The position numbers were made by a program, and so were the translations under genes. Positions 9,696 through 17,222 of a stretch of DNA of 64,000 nt are shown one piece after another (within the stretch, counting starts at the first letter, position 1; each line of letters opens with the position of its first letter). The notes beneath the pieces are model-generated. The model saw nothing but the letters and a program-made list of their open reading frames with translations. It was not told where the DNA came from and ran no database searches. The DNA is from a virus (Duplodnaviria; Caudoviricetes): IMG/VR virus record IMGVR_UViG_3300035208_007487; one strand, given 5' to 3'.

Positions 9696-10060
9696 TGCCC
9701 AAGGCGGGACTTGAACCCGCACGGCCTTACGGCCAAAGCATTTTACTTACCACTATTACTTTCGTAACCAATCAATTAGATTGTTTGTGGTCTGGACTAT
9801 CCCTTCATCATATTCAATTTCTTGAAGTTAGATGGGCGATTATAGTCTCTACACCTTCCTATTACTAGGCTTGGCACGGTATTGGGTCAATATTGCTATT
9901 AGGCCGTTCACCGTTAGCAGCTTATCTAGATAAACTACCCTCAAGGGACTCTTATGTCACTACTTGAGATTACGCCTTACTACATATTCGTTTCCAAATA
10001 TGCGACCCAACCCTATTACTAGGGTTTAGTGCTCAGTGTCTACCATTCCACCACCAGGGC
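9696..10060 (-). tRNA. trnL: tRNA-Leu(UAA), intron-containing (exons 10028-10060 and 9696-9745)
   Basis: spliced 83-nt cloverleaf GCCCTGG..GGAATGGTAGACAC T GAGCA CT^TAA AA TGCTT, long variable arm GGCCGTAAGGCC, GCGGGTTCAAGTCCCGC. Confidence 0.9.
9746..10027 (-). ncRNA. group I self-splicing intron (282 nt, no ORF)
   Basis: 5' exon ends in U, intron ends in G; core motifs AATACCGTGCCAAGC, GAAGGTGTAGAGACTA, GAAGGGATAGTCC; P1 hairpin AACCCTA-GTAA-TAGGGTT. Confidence 0.9.
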
Positions 10061-10073
10061 ATGAGCTAAAAAA

Positions 10074-10439
10074 TGAAGCTAAAAAGAATTGCCTATTACC
10101 TTGTTTATATCTGCTTGATGCAGTATATTAGGTTCTGTTCATTGACTCGGATTAAGGTGAACCCGATGATTGTAAATGGCCTGAAAAACTAACAATGATC
10201 CGTTCAGTTTCATCTTCAGTTTGACGTGAGGGCTTTATTTACTATCATTTTATTACACTTGCGTTTTTGTAATTAGGCTACTGGACTAACTACAATCTAT
10301 TTCAGTTTATGTGGATGACTGAAAAAAGATATTTTACCACAAGCCTATCATTCTTTTGATTTGATTTACCTCAAGGACTATGATTCACGAAGAGCGTAGC
10401 CATTAAGTGCTTCAAATGGTTATTGCTAACCTAGCTTCA
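10074..10439 (-). ncRNA. candidate ~366-nt structured ncRNA within the tRNA operon
   Basis: ends pair (TGAAGCTA/TAGCTTCA); several hairpins and an H-type pseudoknot; no long ORF. Confidence 0.55.
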
Positions 10440-10465
10440 ACTATTCCAAAGATTTCAAAGAACAA

Positions 10466-10553
10466 TGGGGGATGATGGATTCGAACCACCGATATCAAGC
10501 AGTTCACTTGGTAGCTCACTGCTAGGTGCCTTAAGCCTCTGGGCTAATCCCCC
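10466..10553 (-). tRNA. tRNA-like RNA with abnormal anticodon arm
   Basis: acceptor GGGGGAT/ATCCCCC-A, D arm, T arm GGTGG TTCGAAT CCATC; no canonical 5-bp stem with 7-nt loop. Confidence 0.7.
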
Positions 10554-10567
10554 AATCTCATGTATTC

Positions 10568-10596
10568 AATATAATAATTTGGGCTACTGTTGGCAA
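10568..10596 (-). promoter_or_regulatory. promoter of the tRNA operon
   Basis: TTGCCA-N17-TATATT. Confidence 0.75.
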
Positions 10597-10794
10597 CTTT
10601 TGGGAGAAGATTTCTTAAAATTCTGCAAGCTCTCAAACACACTGAACAAGCTAGCATCCTTGTTGCTCTGGCTTGCCTTTAGCTCGCTCATATTCACAAC
10701 CGCTTCAAACAATAGATCAACATCCTTCATCATATACTCTTTCTGATTGATTTATCTTGCTGCCTTACCATAAGGTGTAGCAAACATAGTAAAG

Positions 10795-11018
10795 AAAAAA
10801 GAGACTTGCAAGGGTTTATTCTTACAAGTCTCAATAGCACACTTCACATTTTTTAACTAGTGTACGGTAGTGTCTCACCTAGCTTACGCCCTAGCTTTTT
10901 GCATTTTGATATTTAAGGCATATGCGGAGCAAAGTCACCTGTGCCCAAGGGGATTTAGCTAGTCTCTTCTCATGTTCGCGGCCTGAGTCAAGACTTGCAT
11001 GGCTTCCTAGATCCACCT
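10795..11018 (-). ncRNA. candidate ~220-nt structured RNA
   Basis: promoter 11024-11052, terminator GAGACTTG hairpin 10795-10832, GC-rich, no minus-strand ORF. Confidence 0.5.
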
Positions 11019-11055
11019 CAACCAATATAATAAATGAATTTAATTCTGGCAAGCC

Positions 11056-11310
11056 CTACATGTACAGTTCTTCAACCGTCTTTCTACTCTTGCATTTGGA
11101 TAGTGACAATTCATGCCACCAAAGAGGAGTAGAATATCCATCCATTTTTACTAGACAATATTCTTTCTGGTGTACTCTAATGATCTGTCCAGTTGAACAA
11201 ATCATGTGCTGTCTGTCACGATATTGATGGTAATCTTGTTTAATGTCTATGTGTTCTTCAGTTGGTCGAAGACACATGACAATGACAAAATCCTTAGCAG
11301 AAAATGACAT
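11056..11310 (-). CDS. hypothetical protein
   Basis: AGGAG RBS, 84 aa. Confidence 0.6.
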   Translation of the reverse strand: MSFSAKDFVIVMCLRPTEEHIDIKQDYHQYRDRQHMICSTGQIIRVHQKEYCLVKMDGYSTPLWWHELSLSKCKSRKTVEELYM

Positions 11311-11484
11311 TGCATGCTCCTGGTCGATGGGAATATTCCCCTACTAGGAATATAAAATTCTAGCCAACCTTGCCAACTACAAAATGAACTATTTTCGGCT
11401 TTGTCAACTACTATTTTGACTTTTTTGAAGATCTCAAAATTCCAATGTTCATCACTAATTAACACCTAAGATTAGCTCAGATAC

Positions 11485-11830
11485 AGAAAAAGACAGTGAT
11501 TAGCGTCACTGCCTTCTTCCTGGAATTAGATGCCACTCTTTTTCCTACTTTTGACTTTCAGGAGAGAATGCTGCCATCCCATTGGGATGGCCTCCCTATT
11601 ATCAAAAGTAATTGCTAGATTAAGCTCGTTTCTCAGTTCAAGCTCGTTCATATCCCTTTCACTAAATGCCGCAACTGTGCATTTAGATATTCCATCTATG
11701 ACTAACATTCCAGAAAAATGGACAAATTTTCTGGGCCTGATAGGTTATAATTTAAGCTCAATGTACTAAGCCTACACCACATGAGCCGAGTTTTCTGAGG
11801 ATTACCAGGGATTGGCTCATCCTCTCCAAC
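11485..11830 (-). ncRNA. candidate ~345-nt multi-hairpin RNA
   Basis: promoter 11837-11865; terminator near 11487-11515; at least five strong stems. Confidence 0.5.
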
Positions 11831-11958
11831 AATATGAATATAATAAATTGAACTACATGTGGCAACCTATTTGAGAAGAAAAATCTATCAACAACTTATC
11901 AACATACGAAAAAAGGTTCCCATTGCTGGAAGCCTTAAGAGTGTGTCGTATTGGTATT

Positions 11959-11990
11959 GTTTCAATCTGCGCCCCTTTAGAAGGCGGTAC
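11959..11990 (-). CRISPR. solitary type I-C-like CRISPR repeat (not an array)
   Basis: 32-nt GTACCGCCTTCTAAAGGGGCGCAGATTGAAAC: hairpin followed by an 11-nt tail ending ATTGAAAC. Confidence 0.6.
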
Positions 11991-12163
11991 TAATAGCTAA
12001 AATTACAAGAGGGGTGCAATTAATTCCCCATCTCAAATAGGCCAAATGAAGCTAAACACCTATTTGAAACTTTTTTGCATCCTAACTATATACAATCACT
12101 TGGACTGCTCATTGAATATAAAAATATTTGACTATGTGGCAACCTTTTCTACACAAATCCTAA

Positions 12164-12262
12164 AAAATAATTCTTCCAAAATTTAACCTTGCAAAGTGAT
12201 CCACTCTATACTAAATTTCAAATATATACATAAAAGAATAATATATATCTTTATCTATTATT
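12164..12262. repeat. conserved inter-cassette repeat, copy 5
   Basis: aligns with copy 1. Confidence 0.85.
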
Positions 12263-12326
12263 AATCTCAACTCACTCACTCATTTTTTATTACTACTTTA
12301 CTATTATTGAATTTATTATATCACTA

Positions 12327-12818
12327 TCATGGTATTAACTCTTCAATAATCTCAAAATTATTATTGCTAGTTGTAAAATATACTATCCGACTCAATCCTA
12401 TTGATTTTAAAAATATCTCACAAGATGGACAAGGTTTAGATGATTTAACTAAATTTATTCCACTCTTACTTATTCCAACTATATATAATGTCATCTTTCT
12501 ACTAATTGTATTGTTCCGACTAATATGCTTAGTTATACAATTAATCTCAGAATGTGTGGGAATTGGATATGAATATATCTGAGGGGTATTCTTATTACTT
12601 TTATTATAATTGTTGACGCCACGACTTACTATCTTATTATTAACACTTAAATATGAAACCATTGTATATCTACCATGCTTTTGTAAATTATTTCTACAAT
12701 AATTTAAAGCAGAATTGATCATCTTTATGTCATATGATTTAATCATCCTAGTACTTTTCGGGTAGGTTGACCCTATTATTTTTAAATATACTAGGGGCTT
12801 TTTGTCGTATATTAGCAC
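12327..12818 (-). CDS. zinc-dependent cytidine/dCMP deaminase-fold protein
   Basis: HSE (HxE) and SKPCPSC (PCxxC) motifs; start codon uncertain. Confidence 0.8.
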   Translation of the reverse strand: MLIYDKKPLVYLKIIGSTYPKSTRMIKSYDIKMINSALNYCRNNLQKHGRYTMVSYLSVNNKIVSRGVNNYNKSNKNTPQIYSYPIPTHSEINCITKHISRNNTISRKMTLYIVGISKSGINLVKSSKPCPSCEIFLKSIGLSRIVYFTTSNNNFEIIEELIP

Positions 12819-12849
12819 TTTTCGGATTTTATTGATTATTTACTCTATA

Positions 12850-12926
12850 TGGGCCAGGAGGGGCTCGAACCCTCATGTAACCAATTACCATTTCAGCACC
12901 TTATAAGAGTGAGTGGATACTGGCCC
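12850..12926 (-). tRNA. non-canonical D-armless tRNA-Ile(UAU)-like gene
   Basis: acceptor GGGCCAG/CTGGCCC-A, anticodon loop CT TAT AA, T arm GAGGG TTCGAGC CCCTC; D arm absent. Confidence 0.75.
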
Positions 12927-13091
12927 GATGTCAATTTGCTAGACACATTTATATTGGCTAAAAAATGCTAATGTAATTTGTTGCTGTTAGTGTCTAATAT
13001 ATGCTTAATAGTTGTTTAGCTATTGCTTCACTTCCCTTTGGGCATGTATTCAATATAATAAAAGCATTTATCCTTGTAAAGTTTTTGAGCA

Positions 13092-13195
13092 TAAAAAAGG
13101 GGGAGAGGAACCTAAGCTCACTCTCCCCGAAGTTAAAGAAGACTTGGCACTAACAATTCCCCGCGTTCGGTGCCTAATCTCCTACTAACCTGTGC
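13092..13195 (-). ncRNA. candidate ~100-nt sRNA
   Basis: promoter TTGACA-N16-TATATT (13200-13227), GGCAC/GTGCC hairpin, strong terminator, no ORF. Confidence 0.55.
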
Positions 13196-13339
13196 ATAGA
13201 ATATAATAATTCTAGGCATCTTGTCAAGTATTTTGAACAGAAGTTTGTCTCAATCTGGTGCGAGTTTGAGACAATATTCTGATTTTTCCCAGGGGGTTTT
13301 TCAATTTCCTTGAGAATTAGTCTCAAAGATGCCCAAAAA

Positions 13340-13699
13340 TCATCGAGCTAATTCTACCAATGGAATATTGTCTACTGCCTCCAAAATGTGGGCTTCACAT
13401 TCGCTGATCTTGGCTAGAATGGCTTCAGTATTGTTGTGAGTATCCACCAGGGCTTCAGTGAGGCTATGCTTGAATACTTGATTGAAAGCCCGCTTAAGCT
13501 CTCCATGAAAGCCTAATACTTCCCATTTGGAGCGGCTTTCTCCCTTACCTTCCCCTCTCCTGGCAATAACATTGTCCTTATGAATTACTGTAGCAAAATT
13601 CATCTTATCAAACTTGATAATACGAATATTACCACCATCATAAATCATAGGACGATCACCACCACTTACCATTTCTTCATCAAATACTTCTTGAGCCAT
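13340..13699 (-). CDS. hypothetical protein
   Basis: 119-aa ORF with upstream promoter-like sequence. Confidence 0.75.
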   Translation of the reverse strand: MAQEVFDEEMVSGGDRPMIYDGGNIRIIKFDKMNFATVIHKDNVIARRGEGKGESRSKWEVLGFHGELKRAFNQVFKHSLTEALVDTHNNTEAILAKISECEAHILEAVDNIPLVELAR

Positions 13700-13993
13700 T
13701 GTATTACTTTCTTTTGTGCTATGGTTTTCTCTACTATTAAACTATTCAGCAATTACTGCTAAATTAACTTTTTCATTTTTTCTTCAATGATGTATAAATA
13801 AAAGAATATGCAACGGATGGCAACTTAGACCAAAAACGCCCTCAAAAATCCTAATCAATCAAATCAATTATTCAGCATAAAATTTCCCAAGATCTATAAA
13901 CAATCAATCAACATATTATTAACAATTGTTAATAATCATAATTAAAGTAATTTAATTATTGCTCAAAAAACGAGTTGGGACCGACCTTTTTTA

Positions 13994-14452
13994 TTACTCG
14001 GCTACCCGATAATAATTAAAATCCAATAGTATATTGCCAGTTAGCGAGATATTATTATCCCTAAGAATTTGGTTAAGTTCAAAGGATCTTATAAAATCAT
14101 TCTTATTTGGGTTCCAGTAGTAGTAAGCATTATTAGAGACTTCAAGATAAGTAATAAGCTCATCCATTAAATCTTTAGGAATATTAAGTTTATTCATATT
14201 TACTATAATAGCAGATCTTACTATTTCAGGGCATACAAGTTTTTCAAAGTCACAAAGATCATGAATTTCCTGAGTAATCCCGCTATATTTTTCAAGTTCT
14301 TGTAAAGTATCGTATGCTTGTTTTTTATTATAGAATAGAGTAAAATTAGCAATACCTAGATTAGAGTCATTAAATCTAGCATACATTGGTCTTCCAGTAG
14401 GAGTCAATCCAGCGTATACAGTTTTGTCAGTTGGGCAGTAAATGAAGTACAT
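13994..14452 (-). CDS. hypothetical protein
   Basis: promoter 14499-14526 (TTGCCA-N16-TATATT). Confidence 0.7.
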   Translation of the reverse strand: MYFIYCPTDKTVYAGLTPTGRPMYARFNDSNLGIANFTLFYNKKQAYDTLQELEKYSGITQEIHDLCDFEKLVCPEIVRSAIIVNMNKLNIPKDLMDELITYLEVSNNAYYYWNPNKNDFIRSFELNQILRDNNISLTGNILLDFNYYRVAE

Positions 14453-14566
14453 AGTTGAGATCCCTTTGAGTGAGTTGAGAATATTCTCTTCACGTAGTAA
14501 TATAAAAATTTTAGGGAAGTTGGCAAGGGGGAATTGAAGGTATGCTCATTATTTTAGGCCACTCAC

Positions 14567-14806
14567 TCAAGATCTAATTAAGGCTCCACAGTTTTGTGTA
14601 TCATCGTCCTGAGAATTTATAACATTATTATTTTTATCATAAGCAGTAACAATAATAGATCCATTGCTTGGAGACAGTGCTAGATAAGTTCCATCAATAA
14701 ATTCTATATGTATTCTTCCAGTTGGGTTAGGTTGAATGATATTAGAAATGACTTTACCGATAGAATGTCTACGGGTATATGGAGTAATGAAATAGCTCAT
14801 GCTCAA
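14567..14806 (-). CDS. hypothetical protein
   Basis: short operonic ORF. Confidence 0.55.
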   Translation of the reverse strand: MSMSYFITPYTRRHSIGKVISNIIQPNPTGRIHIEFIDGTYLALSPSNGSIIVTAYDKNNNVINSQDDDTQNCGALIRS

Positions 14807-14840
14807 TCTTTCTGTTTAGTAGATTTTGTTATATAAAATT

Positions 14841-15401
14841 TCATTGGTTATTTCGTTCAAAATATAGTGCATGGAATCTATATTTAATGAAAGTCCGGTA
14901 TTCATTTGTATAGTATTCTATTGTAGAAGTGCTAGAGGAAGTACTATTTCCATTGTAATTGCCATTATAAGTTCCATAAGAATAGTTACTATCCCAAGAT
15001 CCACTAAATGACCCATTATTGTTTGTTTGAGTCGTAGTATTTACGTTTGCAGTATGATATACTGGGACTAATAATGTCTGAGATGATAATTCTTTTGGAT
15101 ACATGACAACTACAAGATCAGCACCCACATTTTCACCTTGGGTTGTAGCGCAATCTATAGTGGTTCTATCACTATATCCTCCAATAAAAGCCGAATATCC
15201 TAATAATGTTAAATTATATTTGTTTACAGTATCTTGAGTTGGTAATGTATTTACTACAATTGTTTTAGGTTCTTTTCGCTTATTTGGAATCTTGGCAATA
15301 TTGACTTCATGATAAAAATCACCATATGCGCCCGCACACCCTACTAATGATGTAGTAAATAATGCAATAATTAGTGTGATTATATTATGCTTGAGTTTCA
15401 T
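14841..15401 (-). CDS. putative lipoprotein (paralog of 17223-17756)
   Basis: lipobox LVGC; shared CAGAYGD.YH...LLGYSAFIG...EYRTF..Y.FHA.Y.ER. Confidence 0.8.
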   Translation of the reverse strand: MKLKHNIITLIIALFTTSLVGCAGAYGDFYHEVNIAKIPNKRKEPKTIVVNTLPTQDTVNKYNLTLLGYSAFIGGYSDRTTIDCATTQGENVGADLVVVMYPKELSSQTLLVPVYHTANVNTTTQTNNNGSFSGSWDSNYSYGTYNGNYNGNSTSSSTSTIEYYTNEYRTFIKYRFHALYFERNNQ

Positions 15402-15430
15402 GTGTATCCTTTTAGTTTTGATTTATATAT

Positions 15431-15655
15431 TTAAGTATTTTTGCTTAGATTTTCTTCCATGTCTTTATTAAGTCGAGTAAAATACTTTACACATTCTTGG
15501 GTTAAATTGAAAGTATTCACATCACTCTCAATAAATATGTTTGGAATATATGTGGATACTTTATCTATGCTGTGCGGAGTTTTGAATAAATTAGTAATCC
15601 CACATTGTTTAGATAGCTCTAATTCTACTATTTGAATAATCGCAGACATACTCAT
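15431..15655 (-). CDS. hypothetical protein
   Basis: ATGA overlap with upstream gene. Confidence 0.55.
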   Translation of the reverse strand: MSMSAIIQIVELELSKQCGITNLFKTPHSIDKVSTYIPNIFIESDVNTFNLTQECVKYFTRLNKDMEENLSKNT

Positions 15656-16701
15656 TTCTTATCAATTTCTGCGCGGAGTTGTGTCACTTCCTTTTGGAGT
15701 TCGGCTGACGGTTTAACCTTACTCCAATCTTTTTCCGAATCTTCATTCCAATTTCGTTCAGTCGTGATGTAGAAATTTCCCTTACGAGTTGGATATATTG
15801 CAGGATGCCCAACCAAAGATATTAAGGTATGCCTTTCTATCTTGATAGTTTTGTAATATGATCCACTGGTATACAGTAACTTGATTTCAAAGGAATCTGA
15901 ATACTCGCCTTGATCATTAAAAACAGTATCATTGTATTTCAAGAAATGTGCATAGAATTCACAGTCAATTTCATTTGCTGCAAGCCCGGCATACTTTCCA
16001 TGTAGAGAAAATCTCTGGGTGGCCTTTGAACTATCGAGTACACCATTATTAACAAAGGTGTCGTGAACAACCTTAGTTATGGTATCATACTTAATCTTAT
16101 CCACTCCGAGTACGGAATTGCAAGATACCCACGATGGGGAAATTTTATCAACCTTAATTACTGTATCAATCTTAAATACAGTATCATGGGCACATATAGT
16201 GTCAACCTTAACTAAACTGTTAACTACACTGTCAATCTTAATTAATGTATCATGAATATATACTTTTTTGGCACCCCCATATACATATATACTGTCAACC
16301 TTAACTATGGTGTCATGTAGATATTTAGTTTTGAATCCATCTTGATAGTAATCATCGCTCCAACCATGAGATATGGTGCAAGTTACTTCTCCAGTATTCA
16401 ATGTCCAGGTTGCCGGAATTCCGTATCTCAATCCATAGTCTGAACGTAGTCCTCGATATTCATTTCCGTCAAAAATATCGAAAGAGAATGCCCCACCATT
16501 TGCATAAATAGCTTTACGATTATGCCCACTACTACCGTCAGCATTGTACAGGTTATTGTCATCTAGGATGAGATTCACACTATATGCTTTGCTAGCATAC
16601 CCTGCGGCAACTGCATCGAATCGGCAAGTCATATTGACTCGTTCAGTCGCATTAAGTCTAATGACAAAGAGCGCAAGAATCAAAATCAACAATTGTTTCA
16701 T
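15652..16701 (-). CDS. secreted protein with HDTxxKVDS repeats
   Basis: signal peptide; repeated HDT/KVDS/KIDT units. Confidence 0.8.
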   Translation of the reverse strand: MKQLLILILALFVIRLNATERVNMTCRFDAVAAGYASKAYSVNLILDDNNLYNADGSSGHNRKAIYANGGAFSFDIFDGNEYRGLRSDYGLRYGIPATWTLNTGEVTCTISHGWSDDYYQDGFKTKYLHDTIVKVDSIYVYGGAKKVYIHDTLIKIDSVVNSLVKVDTICAHDTVFKIDTVIKVDKISPSWVSCNSVLGVDKIKYDTITKVVHDTFVNNGVLDSSKATQRFSLHGKYAGLAANEIDCEFYAHFLKYNDTVFNDQGEYSDSFEIKLLYTSGSYYKTIKIERHTLISLVGHPAIYPTRKGNFYITTERNWNEDSEKDWSKVKPSAELQKEVTQLRAEIDKK

Positions 16702-16715
16702 TACTTATCTCCTTT

Positions 16716-17207
16716 TTATTTGGGTAATGCTACGCCTTTAATTTCATACTTTTGCATAAGTCTAGATAATTCTGTACGTTCTTTTTCTTCTATAATTTTT
16801 TTATTATTTTTATCTTCTAGTAATTTAGCTGCCTTTATTTCATCATTATATTTTTTAAGAATTAGAGAAGATTTCAATAACTTTCTAGCTAATTTAGTAT
16901 GATGATTTTGATTAGATTCGGGAATATCTAAAAATCCAAATTTTTCAACATCATCTTTAGTATATTCACGATCTCCACGTTCAAAGAATTTACGGCCATC
17001 TACTTCAACCATATCAACCAAAGTTGCATAAGCGGAATAGATGTTTAATTGTGTGACCCTATATTCATCAGATTCAAAGGCATCATTAATAGCTTCTACG
17101 AGATTATTTCCAAAGCCTTCAATATCCCAATCATCTCCACAATCGTCACATCCAGGATCATTACTTATAGTAACCTTGACAATTGTTTTAATATTTGCTT
17201 CTGACAT
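16716..17207 (-). CDS. hypothetical protein
   Basis: GGAG RBS; CxxC. Confidence 0.75.
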   Translation of the reverse strand: MSEANIKTIVKVTISNDPGCDDCGDDWDIEGFGNNLVEAINDAFESDEYRVTQLNIYSAYATLVDMVEVDGRKFFERGDREYTKDDVEKFGFLDIPESNQNHHTKLARKLLKSSLILKKYNDEIKAAKLLEDKNNKKIIEEKERTELSRLMQKYEIKGVALPK

Positions 17208-17222
17208 GTTTACTCCACCTCT

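Noticed and set aside
10074-10439. RNase P RNA or tmRNA
   Set aside because: The GAAGCT start and ACAGAACC are superficially similar, but there is no GAGGAAAGTCC/P4 pairing, no tRNA-Ala-like ends with G3-U70 and no tag ORF.
10465-11227. Plus-strand ORFs 10465-10746 and 10922-11227
   Set aside because: They run antisense over a tRNA-like gene and minus-strand promoters, without RBS or protein-like motifs.
623-12262. Five repeats as a CRISPR array
   Set aside because: They are kilobases apart, ~95 bp long, degenerate and separated by genes.
13172-13181. 10-nt match (GAGATTAGGC) between the putative guide of tnpB 31256 and the 13.1-kb sRNA
   Set aside because: Too short, and no correctly placed nGGG motif; likely chance.
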